The notes under the pieces were generated by a model. The model saw only the letters and a program-made list of their open reading frames with translations, had not been told where the DNA came from and did no database searches. From assembly GCF_018977255.1 (NCBI RefSeq), contig NW_024704756.1, positions 11,594,001 through 11,658,000 of the forward strand: a stretch of DNA of 64,000 bases, written 5' to 3'. Each line of letters opens with the position of its first letter. Within the stretch, counting starts at the first letter, position 1. This DNA comes from Callorhinchus milii (lineage: Eukaryota). The translations under genes were made by a program, and so were the position numbers. Shown piece after piece: positions 26,555-41,700 of the stretch.

Positions 26555-29500
26555 AATTATGTAATAGATATCTCATTCCCCTTTGGTAAATCTTTATTTC
26601 AGTTTCATCATTATAAATAATACAGCACTTTTAGATATGATCTTTTCACCGAGCATTTGTTTTGCATTTCAATTACTTCTATGTAATGTGCAGTCTGCTT
26701 CAAGCATTTCCAGGAACTTATATCTTTGTATTGCATAAAAGCCTTCTGTATTCAAATAGTGTAGTAGCTCCATTTAAACACTCTCAGTAATAAACACAAC
26801 CTTAGCTAACATACATTCATAACCTAATTATAGGGAATTCGTTGAAAATGTTTCTTAAGATACATCTCTCACTATTTTATGCCACCCAGTAATAATAGAG
26901 GATTTACTCTATAATGCACCTTAATCCTACCATTAAAATCATGTTAGTCAAGCAAATTACACCTTAGTCTTTGTATCCAAATACAGTGGTTATTGTATAT
27001 TCTATGAAACCCAGAACTACAAGTTACAAATATGTTTTCTACAATTAGATTAGGTTTCAACAGTTCTCAGACACACCACCAGATGGACCTTGTAATAAAA
27101 ATGCCATCTTGCATTAACTACCACCTTTGCCCTGATTTTCAAAATTGATTCTTGCACAATCTCCAATAATTATTGTTCAAGTGGAATCCAGTTTTAGTCA
27201 CAGTTCCTTAATGATAAGACAACAGAGGCATGTAATAAAGCCTCAAAGTGACAATGTGGGGTTTAAATTTTAAATCATTGAACTGTAAACAGAGATTAAG
27301 TGAATTTGAGTTGCAATCACATCACACTTAAAGATATCAATTTATGAATAGATCATCTTTTAAGCATGGCACATTTTTATGCAGTTGAAACTTAAAACAT
27401 AAAGGGAATCTTAATAATAGAAATTCGATGGATAGAGTTTGTGCCGCCAGGAAAGGAAGGAGAACGAACTGGAAAGAGAATCTAAATGATAGAGTAAAGT
27501 GGAAGGATTGAAGGGGTATTTTTCATGCTCAGAATGTTTTCAAAAGTGGTTCGCTAAATCGGACTAAATTTGAAAGTTGCTTCAAATTACGATGATATTG
27601 CAAGTTACAATAATGAACCATTCCTTTTTTGTTGGAGCATGAATTATGAAATCAGGAAAGGGTTATTTAACTTTGCAAATTCATTCCTTTCTATTCATCA
27701 CCACAGATACACATTTTAGGTACTTGACATTGTTATGCTGCAGCCCAAATCCCTGGCATACCAGACAAGAAACTCACCTCCAGTGGACCCGCTAAAAGCC
27801 TAGAGCATTTTTGTATTTGATCCTTGTCAGTAGACATGGTCTTGAGAGCTTCACTACTTTCACACATCCTCTGAACAAAACAGGTCCTAAATCACACGAA
27901 ATATGTTATCAGCACAAGCTGAGCAGACAATTATAACGTCCAGCTCATACAAACCACACTGTCACTCATACAAACTCACTGTCCTTTTTTACACCAACAT
28001 ATTGTACCCTTCATGCACTCCTGTACCAAATATAACTGCTATTATCTTGATGAGGCAGACACAGTGAGATACCATGCTAGGCCCAAGACCAAACTCTTAT
28101 ATATTTCAGACGCTTGTAATCCATCCATTCATGACACAACTTTAAAATTAAGTATAAAATAATTAAATAACTGAACATTTTCAGAAATGTATATTAGAAA
28201 ACAAGCTAAGAAATTAACTAAGCAATATAAGCAGGTTACACTTCAAACAGAAGTTTCTCTCTCACTGGATAAACTATTACAAATATGTTCCTCATGTACC
28301 CACTAGCTTTTCCCACTTTGGAAATGGAAACACCTTCTAAATATGAAGCAAAAGACAAAGCAGAAGTCCACAAATGTCATCTGCAAAATAAAAAGGTAAC
28401 GTACACTAACAATGGGCAAATGCGCTGATAACACTTCTGTCTAAAACATTATTTCACACAGTAGATTGTTCTCTATCTCTGGATTTGTGTATCAATCATT
28501 AAAGGTTGTAGGTGGGTGACATTAACTAAATTACCTGATTAGGAACCTGCTATCTTATAAAATGTGAAAGTACTTTTTACCTCTATGGCTTCTTGGCGCA
28601 TTCCCATTATCTACACATTCTGATCCAAGCGTAATCCTGGTTCATGAAAATAAAAGCTTGACACCTGGAAGATTGCTGTTTTAAGTGCATTGCCTGAAGT
28701 CCTGCCAATACAACTGGAATTGGCCTCTTTAACCTGTTGAGTCCTGAATTTGTTTTGCAGCTTTCAGAATGTGCCTATTCCAGTCGTGTCAGTCTGGAAT
28801 TTCTTTCTACAAAGTCACCGACAGACGGTATCTTAACCATAGCTGGGATTGTGAATGTTTTAAATTGTGAACATTTGTTTCAGTTTGGCAATCACATTTT
28901 TTTCAAAAACTCACTACACATCAGCATTTTTACATTCAATGAGTTGAATAGCAACAACTTAGCAGCAGCAAATTCTCTCCTGTAGTCAGAAACCAGGAAA
29001 ATTACAAGAAAGCTCTTTTGTGTCTTAAAGAACATTTTTCTCTTTAGCTTTTGGTCTAGTTCAGAATATAATGTACAACATTTCTCCATCTGCTCTAATC
29101 TGTTCTTTGCTGTAATTCTTTTACAAACTTTCGGGACTTTTTGTTGTCTTTATAAGAAGAAAGATGATAAATATGGCTTGATTCTCACTTATTCAGATGA
29201 TACTAAAGTCCACAGATCACTAAAGTAATCACTTCTGAATAGCTCGATGGGATTTGGGGGATGGTGAAACAAGCCAGTGGAACCGCCAAATGCACCAAAT
29301 AGCTTGAAGCGCATTCCCTGTGGCTTATATTTCTCTTCCTTAATGGAGTTTATAAAATCATAGAATGTATACATAGGAATTAAAAACTTCCTTACAGAAA
29401 CCCTATCTACTCTCATGCAACGCATTACCATCCAGATCTGTGGCACTGTGTGAAAGTGCAATGAAGCAACCCAGGGATCAAGTCCATCTCTAGCCACATT

Positions 29501-29746
29501 CTTTTGTGTGACTCTTCCAGGAAATTACTGGGAGCAGGCTGATAAAAGTGCTGCAGGTTTTAGTTAGGTATCCCCTAACCTACCTGAGAGTATCATTGCT
29601 TCCCAGGCCTGTGATGGGGTCAGGAAGAGAGATCCCTCTGGGCTTATCTCACTTCAGAAAGCAACCAGCAGCAAACTTCTCAGCTGTATCCCCTGTTACC
29701 TGATCTGAGATGAAAAAGACTCCAGGACCTGTGAGAAATGCATTTG

Positions 29747-29766
29747 GAGAGAGAGAGAGAGAGAGA
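29747..29766. repeat. (GA)10 microsatellite
   Basis: Direct read of the sequence. Confidence 0.9.
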
Positions 29767-32700
29767 CCAGCTCGAAAGGTCTGCCCCCAGGTGTAAAGAT
29801 GAGATCTGCCAGAGATAAACTCGATCAGAACAAATGACTTCCTCACTGAGGACATCATAAAAGGAAACAAACAAACCTGAAGAAAAATGAAGTTGTAAAA
29901 CTGATCAAATTCCTTAACTTATTTCTTTTTCATTCCTCTGGTGCCATTCCTTGCTTTATATATGTTACCTTCTCTCCTCTTCTTTTCATTCCCCTGTCTT
30001 TTAGCAGCCCCTTACATCAGCCTCCACACCTGCTCGGTCAAAGGGTTAGGCAGATTAGCCTAGTGAATACTCCTTGCCAGGTAACAGGGCTACACGGTGG
30101 ATTAGAACATTTACAAAATACCTTTTTTGTCAGAAGTTGTACAATTACAGGTACATCTGCATGTACACATAATAATAATAATATTTTTGTGTATCATGGA
30201 GAACATAACCTGAGCACTATGCGGAATTTAATACCGGTGCATTCCACTTGGTGATTCATTCGAGTAAACTATATGCTGCTGTAGTGACTGGACAGATATA
30301 ATAACCTCCCAAATATGTGATTTTCCTCTCTTAGGCTTAAAGATGATTCCCTTCTATGGGTTACCAACATGCCATCTGAGCCAATGACTAACAATGCACA
30401 GCCTACTTGTGGTTAGCAGCTTAGTGTGCAGGTGGTCTGAAACTCAAATCTGCAAATCCAGAACCATGAATAGAGCATCGTTTTGAATCTCTTTTTCACT
30501 TCCCCGGGGCCCCTTTTCACTCGTTTAAGTCTTCGCTGCTGCCAAACTTTGATCTTCGGATGGAAAGGAAGGGATTGTCTCAGCTGCCAAATTTCTACAG
30601 TTATTGGCAATACCCATTCTGGAACCAGCAAACAGATATATTGGCAGTTTTTCTTCCTTCCGGATAGTCACTGATCTGATTGTGAACTGGCAAAGCTCAC
30701 CCAATGAGAACAATTGAGTTTGACTGCTACTCAAGACTCGGATTCAGACTCTGTGACTTTGCATGGTAGCCCAAATGGTTGCTCAATAAAATTACCATGC
30801 TGTCCTTGTAATAGGAAAGCGTTTACTGCCAATACTATTAGGTTGACAGCTTTATTCAGTAAATAGTGAGGGACCCAAGATACTGTTTTGTCAGTATCAC
30901 TGTTACTCTGTGACTTGGTTGGTCTGAAGGTATTGTGAGGTAATGAGATTTTAATTGTTTCTCCTTGATATAATATGTAGCACTCAGCATACATTCTTCA
31001 CTCGTTTAGAGTGGCAGCTTGTGTTCAGAATACAACGAATGGCCAGAATTTTTATCAAGCAAACAATGGTGTGCCTCTCAATTACTCTTCCCAATAATCA
31101 AATTATTCTGTGGCTATTTCTCAACTGTTACAGAACACTGAGACTTGTGTCACCACTTGTAAAACTCACCCCTGCTTGGATGCATTATACAGGCACAGCA
31201 TGTTATGTCTTCTCTCCTGAGTATCGATGGTCCTTGGCGTGTTTCCTTTACATCTATGTTTTTGTCTGTTTAGTCACCCTCTTATCACCACAAGGGGAGA
31301 GAGAGAAAACAAACTTCTGAAAGGAAGGGAAACCCCTTCAGGAGTTCTGAACACACAAAAAATATTGTTTCAATTATATAATATTCTGGTACTCGGATGT
31401 ATTTATACGTCTATGCATTTTGTGAAGAGGTATTAGTGTTTCAAATATATCAATGCTAAGACATCCTTTACAAAAGATATGGTAACACCTCATAAAAGGG
31501 AAGGAACCACACTAGGCTGTCAAAACAAGGAATGGAAATCCATAAATAGAAGCAAAATCTTAAATATCGGTATGAAACTGAACAGGCAGCAACGTGAAGC
31601 CTAGTTAGAAAACAGAAATAGACAAGACAGTGGCTTTCCATGCAACAATAAGAACAAAAGTACTTTGGTAACTATTACACTTTCACATTTACACAGTGTA
31701 GAATCTTCAATGCAATAGCAAAATCTTGTCTGATGTACTCATACGCATCCAACAGATATTTGTTTTGTGGACATTTATCCGGAGCATGGGCATGTCTCAC
31801 ACTCCTGTGCAGTGTGCACAGGAAAAATGGGCAGACATGCAAAAAGACACATTGCATGTGTGTACCCACCTTCTGTATATCTTGCACTTTTAAAATAAGC
31901 TAAATTAGAATTGTCTAGCACAAAATTATATATATAATAAATATATAATCAATTTAGGAATTATCTACAACAATAAGCAAGTTTGGGACTTGCTTTCCTA
32001 GAACTGTATTGGAATATCAGACTAAGACAAAGTCCCAATAGATCCTTGCTCCCTTGGCACCAAGACATTAGGTCACAATTCATTTGTCGGCAAAGATTTT
32101 GTTGCACAATTGTATAATAGTTCGCACAGGGATTCCTGTGTTAAATTCAAATTGAGTGAGCTGTACAACTGTGATCTATCTGCTAGCACTGCTCAACTAT
32201 AGAAGTGATCTTGCATTGCTTCCTGTTGAATAATTCCACACTACAGTTCTGTATATATGGAAGAGTGTTGTTAAATAAATATATCACAGTTTATGTTTGT
32301 CTTGTAACATGTAATGTTCCTTGAGAGCAATGAAATAATTAAATTCAATCGTTGGTATACACGGGCGCACTAAGTACTCAAAGCAATTAGATTCATTAAT
32401 GTACAAACAGGATGGAGGTAGTGTAGATAAGTGAGACAATGTGTACACTTCCAGTGATCACAATGACATTCTGTTAAAGGATGTTTTTCAAGTAACTCAA
32501 ACATTAAAACATCCTGCAGGATCGCTTGACACTAGCAGTTATGCTTTGTTTGATTATTCCTTTTCCAATTACAGTCTACTTATAACGCAATGTTTCATTT
32601 GCTTTCTGTCAATATGTGTTACTTTGTTCACAAAGTGGCTTTGCGTTTCATGCAAGACCAGTCACTGCTATTTAGTGTCAACTTTTTCGATTCTTTACAA

Positions 32701-34461
32701 AAAAATAATTTGAGCCTTATAAGTCGTACAATTTTCTCACAAAAGAAAGTCCTTCAAACCATGGCTGATGTCTGGTGCCCTACTGGAAAACATGTATTGG
32801 GTGTGATTTTTATCTACATCACTTTTGTGCTGCAAGTGACGATGCCAGTAAAGAGACACTTTAATAGTCTCCCTGAAACACAAACTTTCGACCTCACTCA
32901 GAGACAGCGTCTCCCACCATTTCTACAGCTCTGCTCACGAGCCCAGTTCCATTCGGCAGGAGAATTGATGCCATTTCCATGTGACAATTAGAATCTTACC
33001 TTGTGGCAGCTTTACTTTGGCGTCTGTCCCAATATTTTTCCAAGAAAAAGGAAAGTTAATTAAATATAATTTACAATAAGCACAAAGAGAGCAACAAGGA
33101 CTAGGCCAGAGAATGTCAGGTTCCCGCAAGGTATATAATTTATCCGAAGAGTTCTTAAACCAAGCTGTTTGGTTGCATTCAGCCACTAGATAAATATATC
33201 CACTCAGTGTCAATTTTCTGTACAATCGTGTGTTTGTCTCAATTGGATAGGAATGCCAAAATATTCTGATGCATGTGTTTTATCCTGTGTGCTGCGATAA
33301 TGGATAGCTGGATATGATTACAAACTTGTAATCTAATCAAGGGATTCAGGTGACATTGTTTATTGGCAGGAAACTGTAGTGGATAATGTCATTTGAAGCC
33401 TGAGATTACGTTACTGTCAGGTAATTATTCTGGGATATTCTCTTGTTCCTTTTCTTTATAATAAATATCGGCAATTCTGAGGTGTGATTTTCTCGAATGA
33501 GTTCTGTTTTTGTGCCAACATCAGATGCTGACTGTCAACGCACTCCATCCATTGATACTCGTTGATATGCAATGCCTTTTCAATACATTTTTGCATCAAT
33601 TTCCGTGCTGTCACAGCAGATACACCTGCAGGGTAAGTCCAAAACAACCTAGTAATACTTCAATACCACGCGATTTCTCTCTCTAAAATCAAACAGCACA
33701 GTGAGCATCAATACTCTTTTTTTTAAAATTTTAATTAGTACAAAAGATTCAGCACCAGTGGAAAATGCAAGCCCATATCTGAACATTTGGTGCTGGTAGT
33801 GTGTGTTCGTGTGTGTGCACCCAGGAGTGGGGTGCGGGGAGGTGGAATAAACCCTGACTGCTTCATTGACCTATATTGTTCTCAGCCGATGCCCTGACCT
33901 GGAAAGTTAGCTACAACAGGAAATGGCATTAGAACAGCTGGTGTTATCATGCTATTGTTCTGGAGGCCGTTTTTCTGAAGTGCTTTGAAGTGTTTAATAC
34001 CCCGTTATACTTTTTAGGCCAGGTTATTTTTCGCTGTGCTGGCCTCAATGCTGGTGACCTCCAAAGTACCTTATTCAGATCCTGTACAAGTGCATTGTCT
34101 GCAGGCTCTTGTTGCTGATGTGGAGAGGCAACCACAGATAGTGGTGTGTCTGCAGCTGTGTCGCACACTATTAAACCATCATATTGTTATCCACATGGTA
34201 CCCATAGCTGGAAAAAAGCACAGACAGTTAGGATTAGAAGTAGTACTAATTCTAGAAAATAACTGTGCAGGTGTGAACACTTCTGCTCAATCAATGAATC
34301 TACATGTTTGTCTCCATGTACTGCTGTCATCATGAGGATAACAAGCAAATGACTATGAAATATTAACCACAGTGGAGAAGTTAGCCAGACTTTTTATTAT
34401 GTCCAACATCTGCACATTCTGATAGCAAATCATCGAGGCCTTTACTGCAGATCACAAGGTA

Positions 34462-34746
34462 AATAATAATAATAATCCTTGCATTTGATATAGCGATTTT
34501 TACGTCTTCTAGACGTCTCAAAGCGCTTCACAAAATAGACTGTAAAATGAATTGACTGTATATTTGTGGATGAAATGCGGCAGCCAATGGCACACAGCAG
34601 TGTTCCACAAACAGTCGTGGATTGAAATGACCAATTTATTATTGTTTTTTTTGAGGGATTATTATCAGGCGTGTGGAGTAAGGAAACTTGCTCAAGCTTT
34701 CACCTTGCCAAGTGAGTACTCTAACCACTGAGCTACAGGAATCCGC
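34462..34746 (-). mobile_element. More diverged copy of the young tRNA-SINE with a deletion in the head
   Basis: Colinear with the other copies but with many substitutions; ~30 nt including the B box missing between ctttcacc and ttgccaagtgag. Confidence 0.92.
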
Positions 34747-35000
34747 AAATCGTCACTGGCAACTGGATATAAGTTTTTGAACAATATGGGTGATACACTT
34801 ACCAATTACCAGCACATTAGGGATATAAAAGTACAATCACAGATAGCTTTAGGGCAGATTATGAAAGTGATACCAAAAAGCCATTGAAGAATGAAATTAC
34901 AGAAGGTACGATTCAATGCATTGCTGGCTCACAATGTGTGATAGATCCTACCAAAACAATTTGGACATTTGACTTTTTAATCTGATAGTATTAATTCTTG

Positions 35001-35066
35001 TGCCTTGGGACGTCCTCCGGATGTGAGGGCACGATATACATACAATTTGTTGTTTGATGTTGTTAT
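35001..35066 (+). mobile_element. Tail-only L2-type insertion
   Basis: tgccttgggacgtcctccggatgtgagggcacgatatac...ttgttgtt. Confidence 0.75.
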
Positions 35067-36621
35067 TTTGGTACAAATCAACATGAATACAGTAATATCA
35101 GAATCAAACAATGATAACCATGTGTTACATTGTCACAAGTTGTTTTTGTTGGCGTACATGCACATGATCAATATGTGCATATTGAAATGTACATCATTAG
35201 ACTTGTTTAAATTTCCTTTTAAGTCTGACCTGAAATCTATAGTTTAATTTTTTTATATTTTAATCCCTTTTAAAATTTCTACCAAACCAGTTACGTAATC
35301 AAGAACTCACTGGAAAACTGGTTCTGAATTTAGGAAGCGGACATGAAATTGACAGGTCACATCAATGGAGAAGGGACACTGCAGCTCTCAGTGCTCCTTG
35401 GCGCAGTGTTGGGGAATGAAGGAGGCCACTGGGAGTAGGCAGTTAGCACAGATCAAGGTGATCAAAATTCACACAGATTTATCTGTATGAATGAGGTTTT
35501 GTACTGAATGCAATTGATGTGACTTACATCTTTAGACTTTAACAAAAGACATCAGTGGCATGAAGAAGTTATTGTATTCCCAAGATTTTTCCCCAAGATT
35601 ACTGTACAATTTCTAGAATGAATAAGTACAGACTATTTATAACAAAGCATGAACCTGCTTCATAAAAGTTGCTTTGGTTTCATTGTGTAAATGTGATAGA
35701 AAGGNTTTTTTCTCCTTAATTGACTTGACAAATATTAATGAACTCAGGTTTACTGAGCAGTATGAAATGGAGATTCATATTATAAACTCATTTGTCCTTG
35801 TTTGGATTGGACCTCGACACAAAGTAGACATTTTTCTGCTTCATCTACTTATGAGAATTTCCAGCAGAATAAATATAAAAGCTAATGAAAAAAAACGAAG
35901 ATAGAAAAGTTACATTACGATACATTTATTTTATAAATATGTGTCTATAACATACAGCAAAAGTAGATTATTTCATAGAATCGGACAGGCAATTTGAAAC
36001 TAATGTCGGAAAACTATAGCAAAACCCTATTACACGATTAGGGTTCTCTGAAAACTGACAATTGAAAAAATAAACTAAACATCATTACAATCTATTAAAA
36101 TTATGAATGAAGATAACTACTTGCAAAATTATGTATATGCTGGAACATATTTCTATACATGATTGTTTTTAGTTTTAAAACCATTTGTCTCTAAATATGC
36201 AGCAGTTATATCGCAGAAGATATAATCTAGCCTTAGGATTTCATGGTTTGCTTTTTTACTGTTCTGCAATATAACATTCTTATTTTGGCAATGTAGAATG
36301 TGAAATCAAGCTTGAATAACACAACTTTTGGAAAATTGATAAATAACAGGAAATGCCAATGGAAAGAGCAGCTATCCTGGTTCTGAAACTCTACAAAAGG
36401 ATCTACACATGATCACAAATAACGGGAAAGTTAAAAAAAATTGGACTTTCAATGGGAACCAGCCTGATCAATAAGCAACTAAAATTCCATGCTACTGATG
36501 ACATAATAATGTTTCATTGAGACGGCACTAAAAAATGCATGTCAAGGAAATTAATCATTGGCATTCTGTAAGAGCAAAAGGCCTCAGCGAGAAAAATGTA
36601 TGCATAATTACAAGCTATTGT

Positions 36622-36890
36622 CAGGAACAAAGTGGCACAGAACACTGTCCTTTTACCTCGAGGACCTAGGCTGAAATCCAGGCCAACTGATGGGTTGAAA
36701 TGAGTCTCAATCTGGTTCCTTATGGGTGTACATTCACTATGAAAAACTGTTGAATATGCAACACAATCTACACCGAGACATGTTGTAAGGATGCCTGGTA
36801 TGGGAAAAATTCACACTAATGCAGTAAGACTGCTCCACTGAGCTTCAGGTTAAGACTTGCTGTTGGGGGAAAGAGTATTGAGGGCTTTAA
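36622..36890 (+). mobile_element. LF-SINE-like ancient SINE, internally deleted
   Basis: acactgtccttttacctcgaggacctaggctgaaatccaggccaactgatgg...gaaatgagtctcaatctggttccttatgg; similar to 43808-44150 and to recalled LF-SINE motifs. Confidence 0.55.
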
Positions 36891-37057
36891 GAGCTTAGTA
36901 TAATTCCAGTTTAATTCCAATGATAAAGCTTTTGGAGTGCAAACTAATTTCATAGAAGCAGCGAGAGACAATGTAGAGGGAAATTTTCACAACTTTTAAT
37001 TAATGTTGGTTGCAACATTTTAAAATGTATATGTAACTTAAAAACTTGCGTTATTAT

Positions 37058-37640
37058 GAAATTTGTGGATGAGACTAAGATGGGTGGGCAGGAGAATAAT
37101 ACAAGGATAAATAGTGTTCAAGCAAGTCAAAACTGATTAAGCAGATGGGCCAAGGAGTGCCAGATGGGTGTGAGTATAAAGGCAAAGTAATGCATATAAG
37201 AACATGAAATATCTGTACACATGAAACATCTGTATTAAATTAAGTGTCCATTAGCTCAGAATAAAAAAAGGATTTGGTTGTAATTGGGATTATTGATCAT
37301 ATACTGAAGGTCTCCAGTCAACTTGGAGCTTCTATCAGCAAAGCTAATCAAACAGTCAATTGCAAGGGTAATTTGGAGTATGAATGAAAGAAGTTATTTT
37401 AATCTTGTATGAATCACTAATCAGACCACATTTCATACATTAAGAGTGATGTTCTATGTGGTGGCAAAATACTTATCATGGAGAATCCCAATACTGTCAA
37501 AGTGGACCAATTTATCATCACATGAATCATATCCCCATTTTGTGATTTTACTCAAAAGTTCGTAATGCTTTTGCGAGGGTCCAGAAAAGAGAAACAAGGA
37601 TGATTCTAGAACCAGGACCTTTTGCTATGATAAAGAACTC
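37058..37640 (+). mobile_element. Decayed CR1-clade LINE ORF2 (post-YADD region)
   Basis: Frameshifted pieces KFVDETKMGG, LSRWAKECQMG, KGKVMHI, DHILKVSSQLGASISKANQ, LYESLIRPH, RVQKRETRMI. Confidence 0.85.
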
Positions 37641-38649
37641 ATGGAATAGTGAACATGCGGAACAGACTTTCAACAAAAGTAGTTGATTATGTATCAATTA
37701 AATCCTGTCTGGGAAAATGTTGGAAGGTTGTAGAGCTGAGATAAAGCTATAAGAATATATTTTGTATGTGACACAGCAATATCACACTGGTACAAAGGAA
37801 AATCTGTGTCTGCAAACTCACATTGCTGAGGAAATGCAGAGGCAGCAATACTTTGTGCACGTTTTGTGTGGTGGCTGACATGAGAGTGTGTGATGTTGGA
37901 CACAGGGTATCATAAAATTGATTAAAAAAATCTCATCGTAAATGCTGACTGGAATTTCAGTCCATAAGTGTCCCATCATCATTTTAGGGAATAATTGTAA
38001 TGCAGCATTTTAGTGCTGAACCTTACATTTTGTACTAAGCAAAATGAATTCAGATGAACTGTGCCTGAGTGCAAATATTGATTATAAACAATTGTTTGCA
38101 TGATCAATAGAAGTGAGTCCAAAGGTGGACTTTCTCTATTCCTATTACCCATATCCACTAAACTCCAGGGGAGGCTGTGCTTGCTTTCATGGCTGCATTC
38201 ATTTCAAGTAGAAAGGAACTCCGCTCCCACAATTCATTGAGTCAAATCAACATGCTCATTAAATTCATGAGATGGCCTCATTGTGTGTACCCACACTGTA
38301 AGTAATGATGCATGCACTGGAAATTAGGTGCAAGCTGATCTGTACAAACCTGTGGCTATTACAGATGTACTGGCTTGGGTTGGAATGCTTTTCTTTAAGA
38401 TTGTTTTCATTGTATTACCTTTGCACCTATTTCATAACTAATTTTTTGGGTGTGGGGGGGGCAGAGGAGACACAAATACCGTAAGCTTGATTCCTAATTG
38501 GTGAGCAACACGTTAAAGAGTATTGAGAATTATCTCAAGTAAGGCATGAAAAAAGAAGAAGGATGTTTTATATTGGTTAAACAGATGGGGTGCAGAATCA
38601 GGTCCACAAATTCAACCCTGATGATATAAAGAACCTCATGGGACAAGTA

Positions 38650-38760
38650 AAATAATAGCAATCCTAGCATTTGATGTTGCGCCTTTCAAGTCAGGAGTAA
38701 AGTGTGATTTATTGTAAAGTGTAGTGACTGTGTAAATTGTAGGCAAGCAACTGGTAACCC
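38650..38760 (-). mobile_element. Deu-type SINE 3' fragment
   Basis: aataatagcaatcctagcatttgatgttgcgcctttcaagtcaggag...tgtaaagtgtagtgactgtgt. Confidence 0.65.
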
Positions 38761-41700
38761 TACGATGATAGCAATAATCAGAAACAGAACCAATTAAGAT
38801 TGCGTACCTCACTGACAAAAAGCATAATTAGTTGTTCAATTAATGCTTTGTTACTAATTTAATTAATAATCCCAAATATATCCTAGTTATATAGTGGACA
38901 GAGAACAAACTTTACTCACTACTTTATTGATATCTGCGCTTTCTATTCAAGCATTGGATCCATTTATCATATTCATCAGTGGTTAGAACTCGTGAAGGAG
39001 CCATTTCTAAATCCAGTTTTTCTAAGAATGTATAAAAAAGTATTTATGATTATTCATTTGTTCATTGCATCCCATTTACATAACTCTCTATCAATCTAGC
39101 TTCAGCAGATATCTATATATTTTAAATGGAAGCAGGGTATGAACCATTCATGTGATTATGAACCACTCAAATGATTCATAATTAATATCTATCCCTTTGA
39201 AGTGTTCTCATTTCAGTACAGTGTGGACTGAGCTGCAGTCCTTGCACTCCTCATCCCCAGAATATCCACCAGTAGCAATGGGGACAGCCAAGTGATGCTT
39301 TTACACCTAATGTTAACCAACTTGAATAATACTTCATTACACCATGTGTTCAACACTCATATCAAATTGGGCATTTTTAAACAACATTTATAAAAAGACA
39401 GCAACCTCCACAAAATACACAAGCTGTGGACAATTGGCACCATGATACTAAATATTCATATTGATACTAAATAGAAGCTAATGAATTTAAAATTATAATT
39501 TTCTGTGATAATTACTTTTTATTGTAATATACTGAGAACTCTCTTTTGTTACCTTCTGCTACATAATGCATTAGTTTCTCTCCAACACTATATGTTATAA
39601 AATAAGAAAAAAAGGCCACTTTACCAGCATGGGATTTGGGAAAATTGGGCTAAGTGTATTTAAGATTCCTAAAAAACATGACCTTTAGGAAATAGTTAAG
39701 CTCCAATTCAATTTAAAAATACTGTATTTAGAAATATTAATGGTGCATAACAATTACCGCACTCAAACAGGAACAAAATAATCTTTTGTTTCAATATTTT
39801 GAACCAAGAAAAATAACATATTTCACTGAATTATCAATAAAAACAAATCTTTTGTGTCTGCAAACCATTCCACTGGAAATATCATATTATCAGATGATCT
39901 GATTACATTCAACAGGGGGTGCTATTTCTGCACATTACTGTACAGAATCTGATTTTCACTGCATTGGGTAACATATTGTGCAATGAGAATATCAATGGAT
40001 TTGGAAAAATGGGTCACTATATTAACCGATAAACTCTTATTTGTCAGATTTTTTTATTGAGATATTTACTATCACTGGATTTTGAACAAACATTCAAAAA
40101 TATTGGGGAATGTTTGAGCTTAAGACTTTATTTTCTGAGGTCTGCAAAGATCTACTGAAATTTACTTGCTGCACCAAAATATCTGGAACTTATAATTAAA
40201 AGAGAGAAAATTCAACACCATTCCATGCCTTTTCTCTCCCTCACAAACAAGTAGTATTTCAGCTCAATCTGTGAAATAAAGAGTGGACACAACCATTCAG
40301 AAAATCACTTTTAATTATTTATAAACTTTCATAAATGACTGTGTTGGGGTGGAACTGATTTTGTGCAAAGAAACTGTGTACAAATTTGCTGTCTGGCCAT
40401 TTTAAACTTGAAGCACGAGAAAAAGAATTCAATTGAGATCTCAGATCCACTTTATTTCAGACGATCTCCTTTAAGGAGCGTAACTTGCTTTCTTTGAAAA
40501 AGGCTGAATGAACGTACCGTATAGTGCAGATCACTATATGTTGCCTTCCCATTACTGTTAATGGAAATAAATGTATGTGGTTATGTTGTTTTCTTGATTC
40601 ACATTTTCCCTCCTCAAAGCGTTAACAAAATCAATATTTTTTCCCCCAATTGTAAATGTATTTTGTGTGAAGTGGCCGGGTCAGTTTACCACACGTTCAG
40701 CAGCTGCTATTCTCCAGCCTGTCCCACGATTCCCAGGCTACTAGGATTGACAGGGTGATGATAAACTAATGTGCCCCCTGCTCTGTGCATGGCCCATTGT
40801 GAGGACAGCTGAGACCCTCTGCTGCTATTTGCTTTCTCCCACATGCATTATTCAGAAGCACATGAACAGACCAAGAACCTTTTATTCCCTAATTTTGTAT
40901 TAAAATAATCCATCACTTCACGGAGCCGAGGTCGAGGCTCATTCTGAGCTCAGTACAAAAAGGACAAAAAGACGGTTCTCCCACAAAAAACTTTTAAGTA
41001 TTTTTATAAACATATAAAACATATTATTTGCAAATATTAGAGTTTACAAACCAATGATTTCATTGTTGCCATTCGCAAATATAAATGTTCTCCTCATTAG
41101 ACAGACAGTGTCTCTTTGTTCATCTGCTTAGGCTGAATTGTGGAAGCTTCCTGGGTTAAAGTTATGCTCCATTTTCTTTCACTTGTTAGGATATTTTAAG
41201 TAAACCTCTGGCAAAGACATTAGCTCCCACATTTAAAGATTTGTGCAGTGATGTTCTTCTTTAGTTTTAATGAACAAACTACATAAAAACTACAAGCTGA
41301 AGATTTTTAAATTTATACCAAAACATCTGAAGAGTGAATTAAAACCAAGAGAAAGGTAAAACTTATCTGCATGAAATAAAACAGACAGGAAAGTAGCATA
41401 ACTTTAAGGAGAGAAACCTTACATTTTTTCACCGATGAAGACTGATATAAAAAAGATCAGTTTAATTTTGAAATCATACACTGAAAGGATTATTTTTAGG
41501 AGTTTTCAAAACTATTGATTTTTGTTTGAAACCTTTGTAAAGTACGGTTAGACAGAGTTTAATAAAGTGCCAAGTCCTTTAATAAACTATTGTTGTACTT
41601 CTCCGATGCACTGCTTCCTCTTTTTAGCTCATCTCACCATGAAATCGGTTTAATGAAGCAGAAAGGTATGAAGTATTAGCATTCGCATTTCACGCGGCAG

